Shown one piece after another: positions 1 through 8,919 of a stretch of 32,000 bases of DNA. Below the pieces are notes generated by a model. That model saw only the letters and a program-made list of their open reading frames with translations, had not been told where the DNA came from and did no database searches. The DNA comes from Steroidobacteraceae bacterium (lineage in GTDB: Bacteria > Pseudomonadota > Gammaproteobacteria > Steroidobacterales > Steroidobacteraceae). The stretch is from NCBI GenBank assembly GCA_049513515.1, contig JBEKWA010000002.1, positions 117,129 to 149,128 on the forward strand, read 5' to 3'. A program made the position numbers and the translations under genes. How positions within the stretch are numbered: the first letter of the stretch is position 1; each line of letters opens with the position of its first letter.

Positions 1-537
1 GGCGCCCAACAAAAAGGCGACCACGACACCCGAGAGCAACAGACTCCGGGTCTGCAAGACACCACGGGAAAGACTGATCGTGAGGAGCGTCGCGCCGCCC
101 GCGCCGAGGCAGGCCGCTCCGGTGACGCCGAGCTTGCTCGCCCACGCGAGGCCGCCAAACGAGGCATCCGCCGCGACCAAGCTGATGGTCACGCCCAGCG
201 CGGCGCCCGAGGCTGTACCCAGGAGGTACGGCTCGGCAAGCGGATTGCGGAACACGCCTTGCGCGATGCCTCCGGCGAGCCCGAGCAGCGCGCCGGCAAA
301 CCAGGCTCCCACGCTCCGTGGCAAGCGGATTTGCCATAGCACCACGCTCGACTGCGCATCCGGCGAGAAAATCCAGCCGAGCGAAGTCTCGATACTCGAT
401 GTGCCGATGACGAGACTGCCGAAGGTGAGCACCAGCGTGATTGCGATACAGCCGAGCAGCCAGATCGTAAGCCGATTCGCGGCGCGCGCATCGCGCGCCG
501 TGCCGCCGAGTCCCATGAGGGCGCGCGGGGTACTCAC
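1..537 (-). CDS. btuC: FecCD/BtuC-family ABC transporter permease, 3' end cut by the window edge
   Basis: This gene is absent from the ORF track, so I translated the minus strand by hand from the GTG at 537-535. The product reads VSTPRALMGLGG...LWQIRLPRSVGAWFAGALLGLAGGIAQGVFRNPLAEPYLLGTASGAALG, which carries the classic FecCD permease motifs. Its GTG overlaps the btuF stop as GTGA (534-537). An ATG seven codons downstream is an alternative start. The symbol is assigned from operon context only. Confidence 0.85.
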   Translation of the reverse strand, partial: MSTPRALMGLGGTARDARAANRLTIWLLGCIAITLVLTFGSLVIGTSSIETSLGWIFSPDAQSSVVLWQIRLPRSVGAWFAGALLGLAGGIAQGVFRNPLAEPYLLGTASGAALGVTISLVAADASFGGLAWASKLGVTGAACLGAGGATLLTISLSRGVLQTRSLLLSGVVVAFLLGA

Positions 538-1481
538 GGTGCCATTCTCTCGAGGCACGCTTCGAGCGCCTGCATGCCGTCCGCAACCCTCGGACCGGGG
601 CGCACGATGGTGTAGCGAACCTCCGGCGCAAAGGAGCACACACGCTTCTCCTTCACCGCGCGGATCCGATCCCAGCCCGGCCGGTCGGCAAAGCGCGGCA
701 CCTCCGCGCCGGTGACAATGATGACGTCGGGGTCGTGACGCACGACATATTCCGGATTGAGTTGGGGAAATGGCCCGAGGTCCCGCGTCACGATATTGCG
801 CGCGCCCAGTCGGGCGAGCATCTCGCCGATGAAGGAGTCGGCACCTGCCGCGTACGGGGTGCTATCCACCTCGACATAGACGGACGCACCCCGGCCGTTT
901 CGACGTGACGTCGCCGTCTCGCTCAACGTGCGCACCCGGCGATCGATTTCACCATTCAGCGCCACCGCTCGATCGGGCACGCCCAGCACGTCGCCGATCA
1001 AGGTGACCGCGTGCGCGATGGCGTCAAAACTCTCGGTGTCGAGGGCGACCGACTGTACGCCGAGCTCCTGCAGCCGATCGCTGATTCGCTGTGAGTGGCT
1101 GATGAGCACCACATCGGGCCGCAAGCGCACGATCTCCTCTACTTGCGCATCGTCCAGGCCGCCGGCCTTGGGCAGTGAGCGGACCTCGACCGGCCAGTCC
1201 GAATACCGGTCGGTTGCCAACAGCCGCCCGCATGCGCCGAGCGCGCACACCGTTTCGGTGAGCGAAGGGAGCAGGCTCACAATACGTTGTGCAGGATGAG
1301 CGAGGCGCACCTCGCGGCCCGAATCGTCACGCAACACGATACCGGGCTGTTCGCTGGGACGCGGCGAGGCGGGCGCATCCGACGATGCCGTGGAGGCAGC
1401 GCAGAGCGCCGCGAACAGCGCGGCGGCCGCGAAGATGCGCGATGTTGCGCCGACTCGGAGGGTGCCGATCGGCTCGATCAT
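534..1481 (-). CDS. btuF: periplasmic substrate-binding protein of the TroA/BtuF class, a likely cobalamin-binding protein
   Basis: This is the 534..1535 ORF trimmed to the ATG at 1481, which overlaps the cobU stop as ATGA. The N-terminus MIEPIGTLRVGATSRIFAAAALFAALCAAS looks like a signal peptide. The body (RIVSLLPSLTETVCALG...DVVLIS...DPDVIIVTG) resembles BtuF and FhuD-like binding proteins. Cobalamin specificity is inferred from the operon. Confidence 0.8.
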   Translation of the reverse strand: MIEPIGTLRVGATSRIFAAAALFAALCAASTASSDAPASPRPSEQPGIVLRDDSGREVRLAHPAQRIVSLLPSLTETVCALGACGRLLATDRYSDWPVEVRSLPKAGGLDDAQVEEIVRLRPDVVLISHSQRISDRLQELGVQSVALDTESFDAIAHAVTLIGDVLGVPDRAVALNGEIDRRVRTLSETATSRRNGRGASVYVEVDSTPYAAGADSFIGEMLARLGARNIVTRDLGPFPQLNPEYVVRHDPDVIIVTGAEVPRFADRPGWDRIRAVKEKRVCSFAPEVRYTIVRPGPRVADGMQALEACLERMAP

Positions 1482-2005
1482 GGCTCCTTCACCGTCAGCG
1501 GCAAGCCGGCCACCATGAGGATCACGCGATCGCACAGGGCGGCGATGCGCTGGTGCAGTACTCCGGCTTCATCACCGAAACGCCTGGCGAGCGCGCTCGC
1601 GGGAATGATGCCGAAGCCCACCTCGTTCGAGATCAGAATGCAATCTCCCGAAAGCGCAGGGAGTGCGGCGAGCAGCGCTCGAGTTTCCCGCGGCGCAGCT
1701 TCCGTATCGCTCGCCTCCAGCAAATTGCTGAGCCACAACGTGAGGCAATCGACGATGACGAGGCCGTCGGGGGAAGCCGCCGCCTGCAGTGCCGCGGCGA
1801 GACGAACGGGCTCTTCGATCACACGCCAGCGCGCATCCCGATGGCTGCGATGCGCCTCGATGCGTGCGGCCATCTCCGCGTCGCGCGCCTCACCGGTGGC
1901 AATCACGGTGACCGCTCCGGCTCGAGGGCGCGCGAGCTCATCCGCATGGCGGCTCTTGCCCGAGCGCACACCGCCCAGAACGAGCATCTTGCCGATCGCG
2001 GTCAT
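1478..2005 (-). CDS. cobU: bifunctional adenosylcobinamide kinase / adenosylcobinamide-phosphate guanylyltransferase
   Basis: This is the 1478..2308 ORF trimmed to MTAIGKMLVLGGVRSGKSRHAD (P-loop GGxRSGKS), giving 175 aa, the typical CobU/CobP size. NEVGFGIIP is a family motif. Its ATG at 2005-2003 overlaps the cobC stop by 1 nt. Confidence 0.9.
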   Translation of the reverse strand: MTAIGKMLVLGGVRSGKSRHADELARPRAGAVTVIATGEARDAEMAARIEAHRSHRDARWRVIEEPVRLAAALQAAASPDGLVIVDCLTLWLSNLLEASDTEAAPRETRALLAALPALSGDCILISNEVGFGIIPASALARRFGDEAGVLHQRIAALCDRVILMVAGLPLTVKEP

Positions 2006-2565
2006 CACGGCGTTCCGGGCCGCGAGGCGTCGATGTCGACGCGGTGAACCGATGCGAACGGCGCATCGATCATCAGTTCCGCACCCAGGCCGCGAGCGCC
2101 GGCCAGTGCAACCCGGATGAGGCCGGCGTGCGTCACCGCGATTGCGGGAAGGTCGCGACTTTGCGAGGTGAGGCGTGCGGACCAGCCGCGCCAGCGCGCC
2201 GCCACCATGGCGGCCGACTCGCCGCCTCCGGCGCGGTAAGACCACACATCGGCGGCCCATGTCTCGAGCTCCGCGCGCGGCACCGAGTCCCACGGAACCC
2301 CTTCCCACGCGCCGAAATACATCTCGTGAAGCTCTTCCGCGACGCAGGGCTCACCGGGAGCGGCGAGCTCGCGAGCGAGTCCAAGGCACCGCGATGCCGG
2401 GCTCGTGAACATCCGCGCGTTGCGCAGCACGCGGGCGGGAATGAGCGAGCGGACCGATGCAGCCGCGCCCGCGAGCTCCTCGGGGTCGACGGGCACATCA
2501 CTGCGCCCGTAGCAAAGACCCTCGCAGCGAGTAGGTCGAGGATGGCGGACCAGATAAATTTCCAT
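2005..2565 (-). CDS. cobC: histidine phosphatase family protein, a likely alpha-ribazole phosphatase
   Basis: The N-terminus MEIYLVRHPRP...GLCYGRSDVPV is the RH-type phosphatase start that I recall from cob operons of related bacteria. A late THAGLIRV histidine motif is present. The gene sits between cobS and cobU. Confidence 0.75.
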   Translation of the reverse strand: MEIYLVRHPRPTRCEGLCYGRSDVPVDPEELAGAAASVRSLIPARVLRNARMFTSPASRCLGLARELAAPGEPCVAEELHEMYFGAWEGVPWDSVPRAELETWAADVWSYRAGGGESAAMVAARWRGWSARLTSQSRDLPAIAVTHAGLIRVALAGARGLGAELMIDAPFASVHRVDIDASRPGTP

Positions 2566-2574
2566 GAGGGCTGC

Positions 2575-3381
2575 TTAGGTCAGGCCGTGTGCCGAGCCGA
2601 CGGCGGTAAGACCGCCCAGCAAGAACCCGAGCTCCGTGAGCTGCTGAACGGCGCCGAGACAATCGCCCGTGTAACCGCCGATTCGGTGCCGCAGATAAAG
2701 GCCCGTCGCGAGCGCAAGCGCGGCGGCCGCGCAAGCACCCGTGCCGAGCGCTGCCCAATCGAGCGGGGCGCCGTCACGTGTGTACGCCCACGCGAGCGGC
2801 GCCAGGCCGAGAAGACCCAAGACACCGCTCAAGATCCAGTCGCCGCCGCCCAAGCGGCCCGCAAATGCTTTCGATTTTGCGTCCGCGTCCTCGCGCACGT
2901 AAGGCAGAAAGGCGATGAGGCCGATGGCGTACCAACGGCTCACCACGTGCGATGCCAGCACGCTCTGCACGAACAGCGCGCTCGGCAGGGCGGCCAGCGT
3001 CGTCCACTTCAGGCCGAGCATGAAAAACAATCCGATGGCGCCGAAGGCGCCGATGCGCGAGTCCTTCATGATGGCGAGGACGCGCTCTTTGGAACCGCCC
3101 CCGCCCAGGCCGTCGCAGGTATCGGCGAAGCCGTCCTCGTGAAAAGCGCCGGTGAGCAGCATCGATACGGCCATCATCAGGCCGATCGATACGCTCGCGG
3201 GCAGCCGGCGGCTCGCAATCCACCAGACCAGGATATTGACGAGCCCGATCAAGACGCCGACCAACGGGAAATAGCGAGTCGACTGCGAAAGCCAGCTCTG
3301 GTCGAATTCGCGCAGGCGCGGCGTCGGCAGACGTGTGAGAAATTGGGTCGCCACACACAACAACCGCAATTGACGGCTCAT
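2575..3381 (-). CDS. cobS: adenosylcobinamide-GDP ribazoletransferase (cobalamin synthase)
   Basis: This is the 2575..3840 ORF trimmed to MSRQLRLLCVATQFLTRLP (268 aa). It is a polytopic membrane protein with HEDGFADTCDGLGGG and GGYTGDCLGA motifs. Its ATG at 3381 overlaps the cobT stop as ATGA. Confidence 0.9.
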   Translation of the reverse strand: MSRQLRLLCVATQFLTRLPTPRLREFDQSWLSQSTRYFPLVGVLIGLVNILVWWIASRRLPASVSIGLMMAVSMLLTGAFHEDGFADTCDGLGGGGSKERVLAIMKDSRIGAFGAIGLFFMLGLKWTTLAALPSALFVQSVLASHVVSRWYAIGLIAFLPYVREDADAKSKAFAGRLGGGDWILSGVLGLLGLAPLAWAYTRDGAPLDWAALGTGACAAAALALATGLYLRHRIGGYTGDCLGAVQQLTELGFLLGGLTAVGSAHGLT

Positions 3382-4415
3382 TCGATTTTTTCGCTCACTC
3401 CCGCGCCCTCGAACGTCGCCATCTCGTTGAAGAGGGCGACGGCCGCGTGCACCACGGAGAAGGCGAGCGCAGCGCCGCTGCCCTCGCCGAGTCGCATGTC
3501 GAGATCGAGGAGGGGCCTCACCCCAAGATGCTCGAGCAATCTCCTGTGCGCCTGTTCCTGCGAGTAGTGTCCGAACACGCAATAGTCGAGTACGGCCGGT
3601 GCGACGCGCGCCGCAATCGCCACGGCAACCGTCACGGTGAAGCCATCGACGATCACGAAGTGACGCTGCGCCGCCGCGCCGAGCACTGCGCCCACGAGCA
3701 TGGCGATCTCGCAGCCGCCGAACTCGGCGAGTAACTCGACGGGGTCCTCGGGCGGCGCACGCCGTTCGCGGGCGGTGCGCAGAATGCCGAGCTTGCGCTC
3801 GAGGCCCGCGTCGTCGAGGCCGGTGCCGCGCCCGACGCACTCTGCCAGCGGCAGTCCCGTGAGCCCGTGCATCAGCATCGCCGCGGCCGCCGTATTGCCA
3901 ATGCCCATCTCGCCGAGAACGAGGTTATTGCCGTCCGGCGGCACGATGCGCTCCACGATCCTGCGGCCCTGGTCGAGCGCCGCCCGACACTCGATCTCGC
4001 TCAACGCGGCCTCGACGGTGAAGTCGCGCGTGCCCCGGCGAACCTTCGCCTGGATGAGGCGCGGATGCGCTGCGCAATCGGCGTCGACCCCGGCGTCGAC
4101 GATCCAGAGCTCCATGCCCTGCAGGCGCGCGAGCACGTTGATGGCGGCGCCGCCGGCGAGGAAGTTCTTCACCATTTCTGCCGTGACGGCGCGAGGATAG
4201 GCGCTGACGCCGCGGTCAGCGACGCCGTGGTCGGCTGCGAACACTACGGCGACCGGCCGAGATACGGACGGTGTCAGCGTTCTTTGCGCGGCGCAAATTT
4301 GTGCCGCAAGTGCCTCGAGCCGGCCGAGTGCACCCAGCGGTTTCGCGAGCGTATCGAGACGACGATGCGCCGCGGCGAGAACCGCCGCGTCTGCCTTCGC
4401 AATTGCCACCACCAT
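3378..4415 (-). CDS. cobT: nicotinate-nucleotide--dimethylbenzimidazole phosphoribosyltransferase
   Basis: The 345 aa ORF carries LGRLE...AADHGV...GEMGIGNTAAA...EGSGAA motifs typical of CobT. A GAGGTGG Shine-Dalgarno lies just upstream of the ATG. It is the first gene downstream of a cobalamin riboswitch. Confidence 0.92.
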   Translation of the reverse strand: MVVAIAKADAAVLAAAHRRLDTLAKPLGALGRLEALAAQICAAQRTLTPSVSRPVAVVFAADHGVADRGVSAYPRAVTAEMVKNFLAGGAAINVLARLQGMELWIVDAGVDADCAAHPRLIQAKVRRGTRDFTVEAALSEIECRAALDQGRRIVERIVPPDGNNLVLGEMGIGNTAAAAMLMHGLTGLPLAECVGRGTGLDDAGLERKLGILRTARERRAPPEDPVELLAEFGGCEIAMLVGAVLGAAAQRHFVIVDGFTVTVAVAIAARVAPAVLDYCVFGHYSQEQAHRRLLEHLGVRPLLDLDMRLGEGSGAALAFSVVHAAVALFNEMATFEGAGVSEKIE

Positions 4416-4444
4416 GCCACCTCATGCGCACCCGCCGTGCGCGT

Positions 4445-4630
4445 GTTGGAAATGCGTCGCAGGTCGGTCTACGGGCTCGTGAAAGTACCGGCCGAGTCGC
4501 CTTCCCACGCTTCTGCGCAGTGGCACGAAGACTCGCCTTATTCACTTACCGTTGCGGGGGCAGCGCCGGATTCCTCTGTTAACATAGAGTCACCGGCTTC
4601 CCGTTTCACCCGTCGCCGCTCGGCGGACGG
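4445..4630 (-). promoter_or_regulatory. cobalamin (B12) riboswitch leader of the cobT operon
   Basis: The minus strand reads GGTGAAACGGGAAGCCGGTG...AATCCGGCGCTGCCCCCGCAACGGTAAG...GCCACTGCGCAGAAGCGTGGGAAGGCG...GAGCCCGTAGACCGACCTGC. The last element is B12-box-like and lies at about 4478-4459. Order and spacing match the conserved cobalamin aptamer core. The boundaries are approximate. Confidence 0.85.
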
Positions 4631-4954
4631 ACTCCTGCACGCAGCGCAAGTCTGCTCGCGAACAGTGTGTCCGTCAAACCGGGGGCGGTGGTCGAGCGCA
4701 GCACACTGGAAACATCCATGCCGATTTTACGCGCGAAGAGTATCGATGCTCTTTAACAAGGTGATGGTCGCGCGGCGGGACATGCGTCATTTCTCGAGCG
4801 GGCTTGAGGCAGCCGTGGCGCTTCATTCGGGTACGCGAGCGGCGTTTACGGTGCGCACTGATTACTGGGGCAGTGGCGCCGGCGGCCCGAGTCCCGCCGG
4901 CGGCCCATAGCCGCACGGATTGACCCGCCGCGCAATTTGCGGCAACGTACGCAC

Positions 4955-5125
4955 GCACGACAAGTTCCCCCGACGGGGATTGAAAGGGAACTCGGGTTCA
5001 ACGCCCGGGCTGCCCCCGCAACTGTAAGCGGTGCGCCCGCATCAATAGGCCACTGAATCACGCGATTCGGGAAGGCGATGCAGGACTCCAAACCGCGAGC
5101 CAGGAGACCTGCTTGCCGTGGTCGC
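4955..5125 (+). promoter_or_regulatory. cobalamin (B12) riboswitch leader of the TonB-dependent receptor gene
   Basis: The plus strand reads AAAGGGAACTCGGGTTCAACGCCCGGGCTGCCCCCGCAACTGTAAGCGG...GCCACTGAATCACGCGATTCGGGAAGGCG...GAGCCAGGAGACCTGC, with the B12 box at about 5097-5112. The ORF-track start at 5078 lies inside this RNA element and is therefore unlikely to be real. The boundaries are approximate. Confidence 0.9.
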
Positions 5126-5239
5126 CCATCGATCAGCCGGGGTTGCGCTGACCGAGCGGAGTTTCCCGAGCGGCGACTTGGAGGTCTGCGCGTGTTCAAC
5201 ACGGCGCGGATTCGAGTTCGCCGTCATCAGGGAGCCATC

Positions 5240-7225
5240 GTGAACCACCAGCGATTCTTGCCTTATGCGTGCGCCGCCGCGCTGTGCGCAACCGTTGCTG
5301 TTCCCTGCCTCGCGCAAGATGCGTCGGACTCATCGCCGGTGCCTTCGGACGATTCGCTGAACGAGGTCGTCGTGGTCGCGAATCGCGCCCCGGCGGCGCT
5401 CTCCAAGGTGGGCAATTCGGTCACGGTGCTCACCGATGCCGACATCAAGGCGAGCCAGCTGCCGGTGATGTCCGATTTGCTGGCGCAGACGCCGGGGCTC
5501 TCGGTCGCGCGCTCGGGCGGCGTAGGCCAGCCCACCTCGGTCTTCATTCGCGGCGCCGAGAGCGATCAGACCGTCGTCCTCATCGACGGCGTGCAGATCT
5601 ACGATCCCTCGACGACGGGCGCTTACTTCGATTTCGAGAACCTGCTGACGAACGACGTCACACGGGTCGAGATCTTGCGCGGCGCGCAGTCGACGCTCTA
5701 TGGCAGCCAGGCAATGGGCGGCGTCATCGACATCACCACCGCGCAAGCCACCAGTCCGTTGAGCGGCAGCTTCGACGCTGCGGGCGGATCGCATAACACG
5801 GGCAATGTGGAAGGCTCCATCGGAGGCAAGAGCGACACTTTGATGTGGCACGTCTCGGGCACGTGGCTCGGTACCAGCGGAATTCCGGCCTTCGACGAGA
5901 AACTCGGAGGAACGCGGTTATGCGCGAGCCAGATCGGCGGCGCAACGGGGCGGCTGGTATACGACATCACGCCTGATCTCGACCTCGATCTGCGCGGCTA
6001 CTATGTCCAATCGCGCACCGATTTCGACGGTTACGACACGCCGCCAAATTACGATACCTTCGGCAACGACAACGAGTACGGCAAGAACACCCAGTTGCTC
6101 GGCTATGCCGGCCTGACGCTGCACTCGCCGGATCGCACGTTCACGAACCGCATCGCGTATCACTATATTTACACGGACACCCGCAATTACGATCCGGACG
6201 CGACGGGCGGCGAGGGTCTCGTCAGCACGGAGACCTTCTACGGCGTCGGGCACATCGAGCGCGAGGAGTATCAGGGCACCTGGCAATTCGCCCCCGGCTA
6301 TCAAGCCGTGTTCGGCGCCCAACACGAGCGCTCCTCCATCGACAGCGACACGCCTGCGTACGACTTCGGCGGCCCCGCGCCGGTCGCTGCCTCCCAGCGC
6401 ATCGACAGCGGCTACCTGCAGGTGCAGGGCGAGGTCGTGCCGGGCCTCAGCCTAACGGCCGGCGACCGCTACGACCGGCAGAACGAATTTGGCTCCCATA
6501 CGGACGGTGCGCTCGCCGCCGCCTGGGCGCTCAATAATGCGCAGACCATCTTGCGGACGAGTTTTGGTCAGGGCTTCAAGTCGCCTTCGCTCTACCAGCT
6601 ATACAGCAACTACGGCACTCGCACGCTGCGCCCGGAGGCCGGCGAGACCTGGGACGCCGGGATCGAGCAACATGCACTGCGCGGACGTCTCGATGTATCG
6701 GCCACCTACTTTCAGCGCTACAGCCGCGATCTCATCGAGTTCTACTATTGCGTGACCTTGACCGGCTGCCCCAACCCCGCCGGGGGCTACTACGCCAATA
6801 TCGCACGCGCGGCGGCTCACGGAGTGGAGCTGCAGGGAGCCTTGAACGCGACGGATCAATGGACCTTCACGGCGAATTACACCTTGACCGAGACGGCGGA
6901 TCGATCGCCCGGCTCGCCCACGTACGGTAACGAGCTGCCGCTCCGGCCCGAGGATTCGGCCAACGCATCGGCCGCCTACCGGTGGAGGGTGCCGCTCACG
7001 ACGAGCGTGACGCTGCGCTACGCAGGCCCGAGCTACAACGATGCGGCCAACGACATCAGACTAGGCGGTTACGTCCTCGCCGACGTGCGCGCTTCCTACG
7101 CCGTGGGGCGCAGCCTCGAAATCGACGCGCGCGTGGAAAATGTCACCGGCAAACACTACGAGACCGAGTATCAATACGGAACGCTGGGCCGGTCGGCGTA
7201 TGCAGGCGTGCGCGCCACCTTCTAA
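5240..7225 (+). CDS. btuB: TonB-dependent outer-membrane receptor, likely a cobalamin/corrinoid receptor
   Basis: This is the 5078..7225 ORF trimmed to the in-frame GTG at 5240, which has AGGGAG 6 nt upstream. It then starts VNHQRFLPYACAAALCATVAVPCLAQDA, a signal peptide. Also present are a TonB-box-like LNEVVVVANR, the plug motif IRGAESDQTVVLIDGV, and a C-terminal aromatic residue (...GVRATF). Substrate is inferred from the upstream B12 riboswitch. Confidence 0.9.
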   Translation: MNHQRFLPYACAAALCATVAVPCLAQDASDSSPVPSDDSLNEVVVVANRAPAALSKVGNSVTVLTDADIKASQLPVMSDLLAQTPGLSVARSGGVGQPTSVFIRGAESDQTVVLIDGVQIYDPSTTGAYFDFENLLTNDVTRVEILRGAQSTLYGSQAMGGVIDITTAQATSPLSGSFDAAGGSHNTGNVEGSIGGKSDTLMWHVSGTWLGTSGIPAFDEKLGGTRLCASQIGGATGRLVYDITPDLDLDLRGYYVQSRTDFDGYDTPPNYDTFGNDNEYGKNTQLLGYAGLTLHSPDRTFTNRIAYHYIYTDTRNYDPDATGGEGLVSTETFYGVGHIEREEYQGTWQFAPGYQAVFGAQHERSSIDSDTPAYDFGGPAPVAASQRIDSGYLQVQGEVVPGLSLTAGDRYDRQNEFGSHTDGALAAAWALNNAQTILRTSFGQGFKSPSLYQLYSNYGTRTLRPEAGETWDAGIEQHALRGRLDVSATYFQRYSRDLIEFYYCVTLTGCPNPAGGYYANIARAAAHGVELQGALNATDQWTFTANYTLTETADRSPGSPTYGNELPLRPEDSANASAAYRWRVPLTTSVTLRYAGPSYNDAANDIRLGGYVLADVRASYAVGRSLEIDARVENVTGKHYETEYQYGTLGRSAYAGVRATF

Positions 7226-7249
7226 GGCGCGGGGCGCCGCCGCCGAGAT

Positions 7250-7272
7250 TGCTGTGAAGCAGCATTTCTCTT
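7250..7272 (+). terminator. weak hairpin followed by a T-rich tail, downstream of btuB
   Basis: The structure is TGCTG-TGAAG-CAGCA followed by TTTCTCTT. With only a 5 bp stem this is tentative. Confidence 0.3.
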
Positions 7273-7344
7273 GCCGAACGGCCGTCAAGCAGCGCATCCT
7301 GCGTCACACGCCGGGCGCCTGCCCGCGTTAACGAGGGGGGTCGG

Positions 7345-8919
7345 ATGAGTGAAGTAGAGTCCAAGGTGGCCCGAGGCGGAGCGCGTGCTGCGCGCCGGGC
7401 GGCGCGAACTGCGCCGCTACCCGATAACCTGCGCCCCGTGCAGCCGGGTATGACCGGCGGGCGCTACAAGCCGCTGTCCGATGCGGACGTTCTGCGCATT
7501 CACCACGCCGCGCTCGATGTGCTCGAGAGCATCGGGCTCGCCGATGCCACGCCGGGCGGCATCGAGTACATGACCCGGGCGGGGGCCCACCTCAACGATC
7601 AGGGGCGCCTGATATTTCCGCGTGCATTGGTGGAGGATACCGTCGCCCGCGCGGCGCGACATTTCGTGCTGCACGGCCAAGAGCCGAAGCACGACATGGA
7701 GCCCTGGGGCTCGCGGGTTTATTTCGGCACGGCGGGCGCCGCGGTCCATATCGTGGATGCGCGGACCGGGATATACCGCGACTCGACTACCAAGGATGCG
7801 TACGACATCGCCCGCGTCGTCGATACGCTCGAGCATCTGCATTTTTATCAGCGCTCGGTGGTATGCCGCGAGGTGACGACGCCCCTGGAAATGGACATCA
7901 ATACGGCCTACGCGAGTGTGTCGGGCACGACCAAGCACGTGGGCACGAGCTGGGTGCAGCCCCAGCACGTCGAGGCAAGCCTGGAGATGTTCCATCTCAT
8001 CGCAGGCGGTGAGGACAAATGGCGTGCGCGGCCGTTCGTGAGCCAATCGAACTGCTTCGTCGTGCCCCCGTTGAAATTCGCGTATGACGCGTGCCTGTGT
8101 CTGGAGACGGCGGTGCGCGGCGGCATGCCTGTGCTTCTCTTGTCGGCCGGGCAGGCAGGCGCCACGGCGCCCGCCGCGCTTGCGACCGCGCTCGTGCAGG
8201 AAGTGGCCGAGTGCCTCGCGGGATTGGTCTACGTCAACGCCATCAAGCCGGGAGCGCCCGCCATCTTCGGAACGTGGTGCTTCGTGTCGGACCTGCGCAC
8301 GGGCGCGATGTCGGGCGGAAGCCCGGAGCAGGCGTTACTTTCCGCCGCAAGCGCGCAGCTGTCGAGATTTTACGATCTGACGGGCGGCACCGCGTCGGGC
8401 ATGAGCGACGCCAAGCTTCCCGACATGCAGGCCGGTTATGAAAAAGCCTACAACCACGCGCTGGTCGGCAACGCCGGGGCCAACTTGATATACGAATCGG
8501 CCGGCATGCTCGCCAGCCTCCTCGGCTTCTCGATGGAAGGACTCATCATCGACAACGACGTCATCGGCGCCGTGCAGCGCACGATCAAGGGCATCGAGGT
8601 GACCGATGAGTCGCTCTCGCTCGAGACCATCCGCAAGGTCTGCATCGAGGGTCCGGGTCACTACCTCGGTGCAGATCAGACGCTGCAACTCATGCAACGG
8701 GAGTACATCTACCCGTCGGTCGGCGACCGCACGAGTCCGAACCAGTGGGTCGACCAGGGACGGCTCACCATTGTCGAGCGCGCGCGCCGCCAGCTCGACT
8801 CGATCCTCGCCAGCCATTATCCCTCCCACATTGCCGAGTCGGTCGACCAGGCGATTCGCGCACGGCTGCCGATTCGGCTGCCACGCGAGGAGATGCGCGC
8901 CAACTGCCCGGGCGGCTAG
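7345..8919 (+). CDS. trimethylamine methyltransferase (MttB) superfamily protein, non-pyrrolysine type; a putative quaternary-amine:corrinoid methyltransferase
   Basis: This is an uninterrupted 524 aa ORF with a GAGGGGGG Shine-Dalgarno. The N-terminus has an RGGARAARRAAR tract and then GGRYKPLSDADVLRIHHAALDVLESIGL. Its length and later motifs (GTTKHVG, SQSNCFVVPPLKF, IDNDVIG) fit my recollection of proteobacterial MttB-family members. There is no internal amber codon. Confidence 0.8.
   Translation: MSEVESKVARGGARAARRAARTAPLPDNLRPVQPGMTGGRYKPLSDADVLRIHHAALDVLESIGLADATPGGIEYMTRAGAHLNDQGRLIFPRALVEDTVARAARHFVLHGQEPKHDMEPWGSRVYFGTAGAAVHIVDARTGIYRDSTTKDAYDIARVVDTLEHLHFYQRSVVCREVTTPLEMDINTAYASVSGTTKHVGTSWVQPQHVEASLEMFHLIAGGEDKWRARPFVSQSNCFVVPPLKFAYDACLCLETAVRGGMPVLLLSAGQAGATAPAALATALVQEVAECLAGLVYVNAIKPGAPAIFGTWCFVSDLRTGAMSGGSPEQALLSAASAQLSRFYDLTGGTASGMSDAKLPDMQAGYEKAYNHALVGNAGANLIYESAGMLASLLGFSMEGLIIDNDVIGAVQRTIKGIEVTDESLSLETIRKVCIEGPGHYLGADQTLQLMQREYIYPSVGDRTSPNQWVDQGRLTIVERARRQLDSILASHYPSHIAESVDQAIRARLPIRLPREEMRANCPGG

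Noticed and set aside
2575-3840. The ORF track gives long N-terminal extensions for cobS (421 aa), cobU (276 aa), the NarL regulator (376 aa), the S8 peptidase (541 aa), the anti-sigma (269 aa), the aminotransferase (539 aa) and btuB (715 aa).
   Set aside because: The extensions are Arg-rich and overlap the upstream gene or a riboswitch. They end at internal starts that form ATGA or GTGA junctions, or that have a good Shine-Dalgarno and family-typical N-termini.
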